Numbered from the whole stretch's first letter, positions 26,219 to 39,200 are shown. The stretch is DNA of 52,534 bases, filler included, from Sphacelaria rigidula (GCA_964200075.2; 4 parts of 4 records of this genome joined end to end with filler, not necessarily neighbours in it), one strand, 5' to 3'. Translations and numbers: made by a program. Notes: generated by a model not told the origin, from the sequence alone.

Positions 26219-26318
26219 NNNNNNNNNNNNNNNNNNNNNNNNNNNNNNNNNNNNNNNNNNNNTTAATTAATTAANNNNNNNNNNNNNNNNNNNNNNNNNN
26301 NNNNNNNNNNNNNNNNNN
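26219..26318. other. Artificial 100-bp linker
   Basis: Same structure as 13060-13159. Confidence 0.98.
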
Positions 26319-26751
26319 CCGTCCCGGCATTGTAGGGATGCGAGGTCAATGGTCTTATGACCATGGCATGCATGATCATGAGTACACCTTGAGTACACCC
26401 CACCCCAACTCACCCCACCCGTGTTTCGAGTCCTAGACTTTCGACGGATCACGATCTAGAGCGCAAAGAATACTAAATGCCTACATGGTTGTGCACTCCG
26501 AGACTTGCTCAAAACGACCAAGTGGTGTATATCGGAGACGTCCGTTGTGTCCCAAAATCACAGATCAACACGCATGAATCGCCCCGCACTCTGTAGCAAC
26601 AGCCGGAAGGAGAGGTCACAGATCACTGTTTTCTGTCCTTGGCCCATGAAAAAAGGCACCGGAGAAAACAGACAACAAACAAGCGAAAGTAATTATACCT
26701 AATACACGCAAGCGTGCCAAGCACACACACATACACACACTGTCCCATCAC

Positions 26752-26900
26752 CTGCGCGTGCATGATCTTGCCGGCCTGCTCTTGTACTGCCTTGACCACC
26801 TTGGGGTGGCAGTGCCCAACGTTAGCTACTCCAATGCCCGTGGAGAAATCGAGAAGTCGTGTCCCGTCAGACGTGGTGACGTAACTGCCCTTCCCGTCAA
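26752..26900 (-). CDS. Exon of a class-III PLP-dependent aminotransferase (4-aminobutyrate/acetylornithine aminotransferase-like)
   Basis: DGKGSYVTTSDGTRLLDFSTGIGVANVGHCHPKVVKAVQEQAGKIMHAQ is the characteristic class-III N-terminal motif; CCAG acceptor and CAG/GTGATG donor. The rest of the gene runs off the piece; first exon not identified. Confidence 0.88.
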
Positions 26901-28269
26901 CTGGTTTGAGTTTGAAGCGATTGCGAAGGAGGAAAGATGGAACGCAAGCGGGGTACGTACAGTCGATCATGAGCGCGTCTGACTCGTGCACTTCAGCTTC
27001 AGGCCAACGCGTACGTGCACCGTAGAAAAGTTACACACGGTGGACAAAAGAGAGATCGCAGGCAACTAAATCTCACGGATGTCTCGAGTGCTAGCTTACC
27101 AAACATACGGCGTGTTTGCTCAAGGGAAGGATACCCTCCACGGTGTTTTTCTCGTGTACATCGTAAAATACACCATATTTTGACAGGCAGTCCAAGCAAA
27201 ACAAGAGCAACAGCCCAACACCCGACGTGTATGATGATCGATCGTCACGGTTCATAAAAGCACTTTGCCGTTGGTCACGTCGTATACCGCGCTTAGTATA
27301 TCTCCCACCCCCGGAAATAACTCGCCGGGGTGACATTTTCTCGGCAATCTTTGGCACCCTGTCGGTATCTACGACACCGTATTCACGGCACGTGGTAAAT
27401 CATCCCTACCCCCTCCAAAAACAAATACCGAATACAATCCGGAGGTGATGGATTTTCGTCTCTCATCACTTCGGCATCGTACACACCGTCGACTGCGGCA
27501 ATATCCACCGAAAACTGAAAATAGTAACAGGGTGTGGTTCTTGAATGAACGTGTTTCACGCCTGGCAAAGATGGAACTCGCGCTTGGGATGTCCCCGGTT
27601 TGACCTCGCCAAAATCCAAGCGGCACACGAAAACCACCGCTTCCCGCGAGTTTGCAGTTCTGATGAGCAGTGTTCATGTTCCACTCGAAAAGCATGCTCG
27701 TGCACGACCATATTTTCACGGTTTTTCTTGATATATATGCGTCAAATCTAATATATTTGTGTCGTGACGGATACATTTTGAATCTATGTATCACGGTCTT
27801 TCAAGACCCTACCCGGTTCACGTCTAGGAGCTGTTTTGTGTGCTGCCACCATACTGAGGCGATCGTCTACAAGCACTCTGTATTTTCGAGTGTTATTCCT
27901 CGCCATGTCGAAGTCTTCATCAAGGTTCAGGTACAGGCTGGGATGAAAAGCAGACAGTTTTCGGGTACAGCTGATTGTTTCGCAGTCGCCTGCAGTTCTT
28001 CCGCCGTCTCAATTGTTCAGATTACCGTGGGTGAGGCAAGGGTTTCGACGCTATCCAAGCTTTTAACGGAAAATATGCCCCCAAAGCGTTCGAGCGTTCT
28101 TGAATATGACGATGCCCCCTTACAATACGCCAACGATTTTGCCACCCACCGACTGTTTACTCGTTTGTCCTGAAGTCGAGTGTTGCCGAGGGAATTTCTG
28201 CATTTTTTACAACTGGTAATTCGGAATACAAGAGCAAACGTGAATTCCAGAGAAAAGGATAGTCGAGGG

Positions 28270-28391
28270 GATGATATGTTTTCATGATTGAGCAAACGAC
28301 AGAATGAGGTACAAGTAGACACGTTTAGGGAATGATATGTTTTAATGATTGGGCAAACGACAGGATGAGGTACAAGTAGACACATTTAGGG
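28270..28391. repeat. Two-copy tandem duplication, about 61 bp
   Basis: ATGATATGTTTT.ATGATTG.GCAAACGACAG.ATGAGGTACAAGTAGACAC.TTTAGGG twice. Confidence 0.9.
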
Positions 28392-29079
28392 TTACGAACA
28401 GGTGCAGCATGTCGCGAAGTTGATCGGAGCCCTACGCTCTTTCAACGCAGTCAGGTTGAACGTACAGTCCGGCAACACGAACGCGAGATATTTCCCAGCA
28501 TAGATTGATCAAGCGTTACACCGACGCACAATGGCCCACGTCTATGCACTGTCATTGCTGACAAGGGTCAATCACTGTAGTTGGGGATGGGTTCGTTCTG
28601 GAGAATTCGGTTTTGAAGGTCAGGTCGGTTTGGGGTCTCACTTCTAAGAGGACGACGAAATCTTCCGTTCGCACGGAAATACCAGAATAGAATAAAACGT
28701 CCGCCACGAGCAGCTTAAATCTTCGCCTGAAATAGTGAAAGGCGTACATTTAGGTACATTTTTCAGAAAAATAAAATGGACATGGGTAAACCTGGGACTT
28801 GGGTCGCCACAACCATATCCTAGGTTGCTTTGGACAACAGTAGAGTTTACTACTTGGGATGGTGAGAAATTTTTCAGATAGTTCGACTTGATATTAGTGT
28901 GAACAGCGAACATCCGGATCTTTAATGGGGCTATGCTCCAAGCGTGCTCCTAGCTTGCGCAGAACGCGTTTTGGTCGAAATCGGCGCCTGGCGCGCCGAT
29001 TTGAGGTCTGGCAACGCACTCTTTGCCTATGTAACACTCTCCACCCCCTCGCCCGAGGGTTCTCGGTGTGCCTTCGTTG

Positions 29080-29104
29080 GGGTTAGGGTTAGGGTTAGGG
29101 TTAG
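29080..29104 (+). repeat. Interstitial telomere-like (TTAGGG)n
   Basis: GGGTTAGGGTTAGGGTTAGGGTTAG. Confidence 0.85.
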
Positions 29105-30134
29105 TGTTGGTGTTATAGTTTGTTCGAATTTATAAGTTTCTGAGATCTTTCTCACCATCCCAAGTGGTAAACTGACCTCTTGGACAATCAGGGTGCGAGA
29201 CGCCTGGACGGCTGTCACAGAGTTGGGCATTCCACACGCATCCAAGTAAACCTGATGGTATCGCATATGCCCTTCGCCATATTGTCTTACCTCTGCATGT
29301 AATAGGTAAGGTCTTGGATTTTATCCCCGTGAGCCTATGCAAGCTACCTTTTGAGATACCCCTTTCTCGGTAAATTATTCGCTGTTGTTCGTTCGCGTCA
29401 CCTCCGAAATGGGCAAGGTAAGGTCGTGTCCAGGTAAATGTTGGGATGTAAAATCACATTCGTTCTTCATGATTGCGCATTGCGTTTTTTTTTTTCGCAT
29501 TTTCGAACGACCGTCGTAACAGCGGGTCGGAAACGAGGGAAGCTCACCTAACAGTTAGGTTAGCGATGTTCTCAACAAAATAGTGTAAAGCCGTATTCTC
29601 GGCCTACGTTGGGCGAAGAAAGGGATCATTTAGTTTTGTCCATCAGCGTCAAAACGTGCAGTTCTACTGCTTTTCTCGCCGCTAAGCTGAAATGCAACGG
29701 GAGGATGGGGGATACCAAGCTATGTAGTACATTCAGAAACGGTGAAACCGAACCGAGTCCGAGAGCTCAAATTCGCGGGCGAGCTCCAATCAGTCACACC
29801 TTCGACGTGTGGCTCATCGGCTTCGGCTTGGTCTTCCTTCATAAACACATCGATGTCGGGAAAGTATTGTCTGTACAGGCCTTCGGCGGGTGATGCACGC
29901 ACAATGGACCGTTGTACGCTCACATATTGCATGATCGGACGTCCGACGTGAATTTTTAGGTTCTCAGAGTAAGATTTCAGGCAAATCTGCCTCGACAAGA
30001 CGAGAATTCGGCAGGTACGAAATGGAATGGCGAAGGTGCCGGGTCGGATAAGAAGCTGGAACTGTGGCGGATCACAGGCGATATGAAGAAACAGCACCCC
30101 CGGCCCTCCCGCCCTCCGCGGGTCTAACGAGATT

Positions 30135-33100
30135 TTGTTCATGGCAAAACGTGGCCCGTTTTTTTCGGAGAAAAACTGCCGGTTTTTCAGCCGACACATA
30201 CGCGTTCATGTGCTTCGGGCGAAAAGTCCGCAGTCTTTCTCTGAAAAAGACAGGCGATGCGCCGATAAAGAGGCGGTTCTGAAAGAGGCCTCATTATCAG
30301 AAATGTTCATCGTGGTGCTACTCCCAACGGGTTTCGAGGCGGAAATGTTCTCGCCGGGGGAACGAGACCACGGACTCCCGCAAGCCAAAGAGAACGGGAA
30401 GAAGCAAGGCAGCGCGCGGTCCAAGACCACTTGCGGACGGTGACGGCATCATTCTCAATCGTACGCATGACATAACTGCAAGAGGGTGATCAAGGCCAAC
30501 CATTAGTGGTAGAGTTTTTGAACAGACTGCGGGGAGTACGGACATGACAGCATAGGGGTTGGTGCAGTCTCATCCTGCTTGATTCAGCCCTTCTCCAACG
30601 GCCCCAGTACTACACCCGTGGAGTTTCACACAGTCCCTTCGTTGACAAGAGCGAAATTTTTCCACTTGGGCCATGCCCTCGACGACATCACCCGCATCGT
30701 CCTCAACCTCATAGCACAACAAACACTCGCTGCATCGCACTCCTCCGACGCTGCGGCGTCGGGCAACACCTCATACACGCCAGCGAAGCGCAAAGTAGGT
30801 AGTTTAGCACAGCAGCAAAGTCACAAGCCCGTGTCATCCGACATGCGCGAACGACAGGTGGAAGATCTCCCGTGGAATACGTGCAAGAGCTGGTGGCGCT
30901 TCGGCTCCTGCGCGGCATATCCCAACAACCGCTGCTCATACAGTCATGCCCATCCCTGCCCGCAGGCTACTGGCGACGGCGGCGGGAGCGGCGGAAATGG
31001 CGGAAGCAGCAAAAACGGCGGCAGCGGCAGTGGCAGCAGCGGCGGCGACGGGGGCAGCGGCGCCGGCAACAATAGTGGTAGCGGCGCCGGTCATGATACG
31101 CAGCCAGAGAACAGCACGGCCATCTTGCCTTTTTCGAGCGGTGAAAACCGTCAATCTCAACAAGACCAGCACAGCGTTGCGTTGAGATCAGGCGCTGGCT
31201 CGGACAACGGCAGAAACTTTGGTGGCGGTAGGTGGGGGCGTGGCGGCGGAGCTGGCAGTGGATGAGCGCCCGGGCTTCGCGTCGCGGGGTCAACATCGTC
31301 GAAGGGTCACGTGAATCGATTGGCGGGGGCCAATTGCCGGCGTCGAGGTCATCTGACGAGCGCGGCGTCACACGATCCATACATAGCACATGAAGGTATT
31401 GCCGTAGCCGGATCGGTACCAGCGCAAGCGGTGTTTGGGTGTGTTGTTTTCTTCGATCTCGTACCGCTGCTGAAGCATGCTCAAACGCATTTTTGCACCC
31501 AACATATTAGCACAATAAAGTACGTCTAACTGCGGCACGGTTATCTCATTAACACAATCACGTAGCATGCCCGCATATAGATTTGGGTTTCCAGCCAGAT
31601 TGATAGGAACTACTCCTGCAAGCGCAGTGCTGAACGCACCCCACGGTCGCGTCCACAGCCCCGCAAGAGTGTACCCTATACCTGCTTCGCAATATACATT
31701 CACTGAGTGCCTGGTTCCGCCAGACGCTGCATTGAACAGCGTACCACCGCATATGTACAGCTTTCTCTACCGTTGGCATCATGCAACAGCAACAAGCAAC
31801 GGGCGAACGCATAACTTTGACTCTTCTAGCCAGATTGGTGAGTAGAATTCATCTTACCAGCGTAGCGGTGGTCATCTCTCATGGTCACGTTCACTGAACC
31901 ACAACGCAGTACCCCGTACCAGCTTTGCAATACGCACCCACCGAGTCCCTGATTCAGCTAGGTGCTGCAATGGAAGGCATAGCACCGCATACGTACAGTT
32001 TTTTTGTGTCGTTGACATCATGCGGCGTGCACACGGTAACTTCCACCAGCTTTGCAACACGCCATCGCGAAGTCCCTGGTTTATCCAGACGCTACCGTCA
32101 ATGGCACAGCACCGCATATGGACAGTTTCTCCTGTGCCGTTTGCATGATGCGGAGCACAAACAGTAACTCGTATCATCAGCAGTACCGTGTTTCGTTACT
32201 TGCCTTTTTGGTTTGCCGCATGACGGAATACGCTCCACCCGCGCCTAACACACCACAACAGGGTTACCATGCATTCATGTAAGACGCCGCTAGACCAAAT
32301 GTGGTCACGCTCCGCTACATCGCGAGCAAAAATATCAAACGTGAAGCATTTCTTCTGTTCAACCATAGGCGCACCATAGACATGACGGCTATTGTGCAAT
32401 TTCCAGTCACAAATCGCTTATCATGCGGCCACGGCTGGGCCCATGGGTGGTCAGTTAAAGTGCGACAATCAATGAAAAATTAATCAAATCAGACTGGGAG
32501 AAGGATTTATGATAATGGGGACGCTAATTTGGCGAGGCTTATGTACCCGTATCTCTCAGAAGGTTGACAACGCTCGGAATCGCATAGGGCAACGTTTTCT
32601 TTGGGGCCAGAATGACAACTCCTGAACAGTGGAGATGTGACTGGCACAACTCAAGGAACGGAGTTGCGCTCAGCAGCTTTTCATGCCAATACGCGGCGCG
32701 ATTGGTTAGAGGCAGTAGACCAGCCAAACCTTGCAGTGCCAGGTTAAGTGCGCTGTGACGTGAGCCCATCTGTACGCATTCTCGCGGACAATACATCGAC
32801 TCTTCTCATGCATGGCGGGCGCGCGGGCAGTGTAGCATGTATGTTTGGGGGGGAGTTCCCCGCACGATACATGAATTGACAAACTTCAATGGCTGTTTTG
32901 TTTCGAAGCGTTTCCAGACATGGAAAATCTGTTGCGGATCGTGGACACAGACGCTTCTAGAGATATATTTGGTCTCCGCGACCTTGGCAACGCCTTAGCG
33001 AACGACAACCACGCAAGCACCACCCGTGCCAACTCTGAAGTATCCAGGATGATTCAGGAAGAGGTCTGATTGATTGAGGCGTATCTTACTCGTACACCGA

Positions 33101-35170
33101 CAGATGGCTGACCTAGTACAAGGTTTGCATATTTTTGCGCTGTTGGCTTTCAATCACATCGCCCTGGAAAACTTGTTTCGAGTTTCTGTTCATCTTTTGG
33201 CATGGGAGTGGTGCAGGGTCATGTTCGGGTGTGAACATTGATACCGACTCTGACGTAGTCCCAAAACTTGCTTCGGGCCACGCCTTGCCGAACAACCTAG
33301 CTCGAAGTCGCGGGCTGCGCCCCAACTTCGGCGCAGAGCCACCCATTTCTATCGCCGTTTGGTGGTGGTATGATCTAGCGTCGGACGAGCATGAACGCAC
33401 GCAAGCAAACCGGCAAGGCACCCAGAACGACGCGATTGCTATCAATTTACTGGAACTCTTGGGAATGGTAACGGCAGCTTGGACAATAATTGTAGTCATG
33501 GGATATTTGCTTGAGAGCGGGAGACGATCCGGTATACTTGAAGGAGGATTATGAAGGGAAATAATGCAGCCGCTGTCGCAAGGCGCCCGGGATCCACGAG
33601 TGGCGGCTTCACTGCGTTTGCTTGGGATGCTTGAAGTGAGGGGCGGGTAGTATCACGAGGCACACCACACTGTGGGTGTCGAAAACATGATCGCTGACGG
33701 AATTTGTCGCTAGCAGCGTGGAAAAATCGCGACGAAATTGCACGCGATAATTTACGCCCATTTTAATCATGGCATGAGGTGAACTCGGGCGACGAGGGTG
33801 CGCCAACTTTTCCCCAGGTCTTGCGAGCATTCTCGCACACGTCGGAGTTGCACCACCGACTTTGGCCAACTACAGTAGGGGTTGGAAATCATGGGAACAA
33901 CTCAGACGAGACGGCGGCGGCAAGGAGGTGGTATCATTAGATCCAGCCAGAGGAGAAGACGTCATGGCTTGGGAATCGGAAGAGGTTGCAGGATACTCAT
34001 TTTCCTCGAGGCACAACAAAATGTCCACGGCCCTTCGCACATTGTCGACTACCCAATATTTTCACAAACTTGTTAGTAGGAAGATACCATGAACACACTA
34101 CTACTTGCAGCCAGTCAAAGCTGGTTTAAGAAGGGAAAATCCGCTCAAGGGTGACAGGTCGCGCGTTCGGCGCTCTCGGACGTGAATCATGTTGGGGTGA
34201 GGGCACAGTTTTCTTACCCTTATGGGGTGATGGGGGTGACAGGCTTCGGCTATCGTTGTTGTGCATTCCATGTTCCTTTCAATGTCGAGCATAAGGAGTG
34301 TTTGCATATAGTAACGGAAAGATCCGCAAGGATTCCAATCTTACACAAGCGGACGTGGTATTCAAGGGAGAGGGCGTGAATTTCACAAACACCCTGAAAA
34401 GTACATAGCCGACCTCGTAAAACTTCGCTTCACGGCGCACAAAAGAGACCAACTAATACCAGGGGCAGTTCTCTCTCGGGACCCTTTTCTGTCGCAGTCT
34501 CGCAAACAGCTAGCTGTCAGATAGTGGAGGAAGCATTAGGCACTCGCCGCGGCGGGCTGTAAGTGCTACTTGCTCGAATGATAGCACACGCACAGTTGGT
34601 CTCGCTGGTGACATACGCATCAAGGCCAACGTGGAAGACGTGAAGAGGTCAGCAAGCAAAAAGAAGAGCATCACGCGGGATTCTAGACTAACACTGTGTA
34701 GACTCACTGAAAACGCGCTCCACTTGAGACGCATAGGTGATACAACTCTACCTGCGGTAGCTGGCATCCTACCCGTAGTGATTCAGCGAGAAGGCCGTTG
34801 GCGCAAGAGTGGCTTCATGGAAAACGTGTGGGCTCATTTGGAAGGCTGAGGGGCTGTTTACCTGGCACTCGCACCCGAAACAGTTGCGGGCGGCATCCAA
34901 CCCGGACAAGGGACTCTATGGGGAGGAAGCAACGATCGGCTTTTCATGTGGGGTATTGATATATTGTAGGAAGAAGACCGATACGAAAGGGAACACACCC
35001 AGGGGAGGGAGAGAAGGAAAGGAAGTGATGGATTGTGAAGTAAAATTGGGGAGGCTTTTTTTCGTGTAGTCGCCCCTAAGCATGGATGGTGCTTTTCGTT
35101 CTATTTGCCTGCAGTGTTCGTCTGGCGTCCGGATGGAGAAATCCCACACGAGGTGTAAAGGTGTGGACCT
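30135..35170 (+). mobile_element. Decayed DIRS-order (DIRS/Ngaro-like) tyrosine-recombinase retrotransposon with RT core missing; boundaries approximate
   Basis: Gag-like CCCH finger CKSWWRFGSCAAYPNNRCSYSH (about 30880-30950); RNase H motifs WWWYDL...INLLELLGMVTAAW (33440) and DPRVAASLRLLGMLEV...HTVGVENMIADGICR (33590-33712); recombinase N-terminus ANYSRGWKSW...NKMST...QYFH, ADLVKLRFTAHKRDQ, and catalytic-like ALHLRRIGDTT...IQREGRWRKSGFM (34712-34828). Many stops and frameshifts. Confidence 0.82.
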
Positions 35171-35214
35171 TCTTCATCAATGATGCATATTTACATTTAC
35201 ACTTTGATATGTAT

Positions 35215-35469
35215 GCCTGCCTGACGTGTAACCTTTAGTGTGGCGTGTAACGTTTGTTGTGACGTGTAACGCATGAAGCACGTTACACGTTACAGGAAAC
35301 GTCTCAAAACACGTAATTGTGACGTAACGTAACGTATAACTTTATAATACGTCACAAATGTGATGTAACGTAACGTATACCCGTAAAAAAATGTGACGTG
35401 ACGTAACGTATAATTTATCATACGTCACATTTGTGACGTAACGTTTGATGTGTAACGTAAAGAGCCCTG
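35215..35469. mobile_element. Remnant of an hAT-type MITE related to 19265-19481
   Basis: Ends GTGTAACGTAAAGAGCCCTG (reverse complement CAGGGCTCTTTACGTTACAC) and has the same GTAACGT-rich interior; left TIR not found. Confidence 0.65.
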
Positions 35470-35739
35470 AAAATGTGATGATTACATGCAGTACAGAGGG
35501 GTAGGTGAAGACATTCCCACAGGGCCTGACGGTGACGGTCTCCGAATACAGACAGTAGACGGGAGCAGAACTGAGGTAAATGTGCCGTCGGCGTCGCCGT
35601 TGTTATTGCAACTTACGCGCAGGCTTGCTATGATGCGGCACGAAGTATCTACTGCAGCGCGCTTCACGGCAGATCAGCCATACACTCTGGCGGGGGTTAT
35701 AAAACATCGACGGGTCGAACAATTCCACACTTAGGACAG

Positions 35740-36231
35740 CTCATGAGCTAGCTCATCTGCGGGCGGTAGCTCACTTGTAGTCAAACATGTACATGTGAGA
35801 TACGCCCGATACCTCAACCCAAGGGAAACGTGCGCTGATGAGCTACGAGTTGGTGACTCACCCATGACAAACATGCGTAGCTCATGCAGCTCTAATGGCT
35901 CACCCAGGGCGAATATGAGCTGATGAGCTACGGGCTGGTAGCTCATCTATCGCAAACGTGCGTAGCTCACACAGCTCTCACAGCTCACCCAGGACGAATC
36001 TAAGCTGATGAGCTACGGGCTGGTAGCTCATTTATCGCGAACGTGCGTAGCTCACACAGCTCCCATAGCTCACTCAGGGCGAATATGAGCTGATGAGCTA
36101 CGGGTTGATAGCTCAACCAGGGCAAACATGTGCAGCTCATGTAGCTCTCACTGCTCACTCAGAGAAAACATGCGCGGATGAGCTACGTCCGGTAGCTCAC
36201 CCAAGGCAAACATGCACAGCTCACCTAGCTC
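35740..36231. repeat. 85-bp tandem array (5-6 copies), each with a GATGAGCTAC-loop-GTAGCTCA hairpin
   Basis: C(T/G)GATGAGCTAC starts at 35835, 35920, 36005, 36090 and 36175, an exact 85-bp period. Confidence 0.92.
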
Positions 36232-39200
36232 TTTTATTATTGTCGTGCCTTGAATTTTGTTCACAGGGTTGGGTTCATGTTTTTTCCATAGTCTGTTGGA
36301 GCGTTCCGAGTATCTTGTTCTTGCGAAGATTGGGAGCAGGAACGTGTGGGGATATCCTCGGGCAAGTAACCGAAAGTAAAACAATTTTCGGAGTTGCTTG
36401 AATTTATCTTCATCCGTGTTAGTTGCAATGTACCGTAACAGTTCTACCGTGATAAATCCCCTTTTCGTGTGGATTGGGTGGGCGAAACGGTACGGCATAT
36501 ATATCCATATAGGTTCAGTTTTCTCTGGAGGGTGTAGAGGTCAAATTTTCCCTCCGTCAACCAGCGAGCACCTTTGTGGATAACGATGTCTAGAAATTCT
36601 ACCGAGCTGACAGAGGTATCACATGACATTTAACCTTGAGTTGCATGTCGGTGTATATTCTAGATATGAGGGTATTGGACTCCTCGGGGTTTGCTCGAAC
36701 CACACAAAACATATCATCGATATATCGTTTGAAAAAGAGAATATTGTTGTGGTTGGTGACAAAGTTGAAGTCTACTGTAGCCAGGGTGATGTTGGCGAGT
36801 GTTGGTGCGCTGGGTGTACCCATGGCTAAACCTGCAATTTGCAGGAAGTGCTTACCATCAAATTGTGTGTAACCGTTATCGAGGACATGTCTTAGCATTT
36901 TCTCGTTGAGTACAAACATGTCTTCGGGCCAGTCGTCTTTGTTATGGCGGCGGGTTGCAGATATGGTGTGTTCGATGACCTGGGGGATTTGCAGAGAGGG
37001 ATATAAGCTGGTGACATCTGCTGTAACCAGTGTGAGCCTCTGTTGGTCGTTCAATCTTTTGGTATCTAGGTCTCTGATAAGCAAGATCCTGTCTTTCAGT
37101 ACTGTAGTGAATTTTTCAGCTACAGGCTGAAGCCAGTGGCATAGTAGTGATGACCATGGGGTTGTATGGAAGCTATGTCCAGCTACAGTGAGTCTTCCAA
37201 CTACTACGGGCTTGTGAATTTGGGGGATGATGTAGACATTCGGGATCATCATGTCTTGAGAACTGGCATGACGAATAAATTTCATCATCCATGTAGTCTG
37301 TGTTCGGAAAGAGTGCCAATTGAGATTGAATTTTATGTTCGGTTTCTCAAGTGTTTTGATCATGGCGTCATTTTTTGACTTCATGTCTGTTTCGACTTCC
37401 ACTGGTGACCAAATAGGTCTATACGTTGTGGGGTCGTTCAGCTGTCGGTAGCATTCTTTTACATACCAGTCGTTACTGATTAAGGCACAGCCGAGGTTTT
37501 TGTCGGTGTTTTTGACTACTACGATTTCTCTCGCGCCCCTGGTTTTTTGTTTCAACCATGTGAGTGCCTTTTTTTTCTATACCTGTAATCGGTGATTTAA
37601 AGGGCTGAGAGTTTTGGGCATCTTGAAATATGTGGTGTAACGTGTTGCCGAGAGATTTTTCTTTCCGGGCAAGCTGCTCATCTAGGTGACTGTTTCCAGT
37701 ATGAACAGTCCTACCTGATTTGATATAGAACTTGCGAGGATTGTTAAGAGGTGTGTCTGTGGTTGTACCGTACTTGTATTTCACCTTCATTCTGTGAAAC
37801 AAATGCTGTACTGCAGTGTTCAAACATTTGGACGGACGGGTTGATGGTATAGTGCATGCTAAAACTTTGCTGAGAAGCGAAACCACTGCAGGTGGCAATG
37901 TCGGTACGTCTCCAATCACATGGGTGTTGATGACCTTGGCGTTCTCTTTCAAGAGTACAGGGAGGAGGGAACGAATCTGACGAATGATGACATGTGTCAA
38001 TGGCAGGTTGTTAATTTCCGTGTTCAATTCACGGAGTATTTTGTTCGTAAGCCTTCGGCGTCGAGCCTTACGTTTCACAGTCAATCTCGTGCTTCTATCC
38101 TGTTTCTACTTCTTCACCTTCAGTATACGCTTGTACTCTGTGTTCCTATCTCTCAGTCCGCCAACGAGTGTGGAAGAGAGCCCACGTCGATCGATACTCG
38201 TTGCCTCTACCGAGGGTTTTCAAATTCCTTACGGACTTTCTTCCGGGGGGCTGCGCTACGTGAGTCGGTAGTACGCTTGGAAACGTTGTCCTGTTTCTCC
38301 TGTATGACGGAAGATTTGCGTCTAGCAGTACTTCTACCCTGCGGGGGGGATCTTTTATCTGCTGTCTGCTTAGGCTTCGGTTTACCTTTACCTTTACTCT
38401 GCTGCTTACTGCTGCTGGATGTGCGACTGTTGTGTCCCTTTTGGGAAGGGGTCTTGCCCTTGGGAGGTTTAACAGGGCGTTTTTCATGTTGTCCAAGGTT
38501 CTGTGAGTTGTTTCTAGGGGCAGTTTTGGTGTTGCCTCTTTTCAGGTTACCTATGCTATTGGATAGGGTTACTAGAGAGGCATGTAGAGACTCTAAGGAC
38601 AACTCACTATCCGTAGCAGCTAAGGTCGCTTCGGCTCATTTGTCAGCCTTTGCGGCTGCAGCTTTCTCCGCTCGTTTGCGAAGATCCTCCCCTTTTAAGA
38701 GTTTGACGTCTTTCAACGTGTTCTGGATCTCTACTACTCTCGGAGAAACTGTGGGGCGTGCATCGACCGCGGGAGGGGCGGGTTGTGCAAGGGGTGCACT
38801 GACCGAGGTGGTTGTGCGCGGGAGGTTCAGAGTGTGAATTGAACTTGGACTTGAGCCTGAACTCGAACTCAAGTCTGAACTCGAACTTGCACCCTCGTCT
38901 ACGTTCATTGCGGCTCCCTCACCTCCATTAGATCGTGGTGGATCTGCTGGGGGTTCGGAGGGAGATGCAATCGAGCCGTCTATTCCTAGGTACTGTTGTC
39001 GCCACTGCTCATAAACACTTTTCGTGCCGAATTCGCCAACAGCTACATCTAGACGACGTTGGATCTCTTGAGCTGACAGCAACTTAGAGATCTCCTTTCT
39101 CACTAACGCAGCTTCTCTACCTAGGTCACCAATTGAGTTTTCCCTAAATTTCTTGTTAGCTGCGTCTACATCTGCCAGCATTTGTTCGTACGCTCTACCC

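Noticed and set aside
35740..36231. CRISPR array or canonical hammerhead ribozymes
   Set aside because: Units repeat over their full 85 bp with no unique spacers and there are no cas genes. The CTGATGA-stem is followed by TCA rather than GAAA, so the hammerhead core is incomplete.
37920..38837. 305-aa plus-strand ORF
   Set aside because: Antisense shadow of the PLE ORF1.
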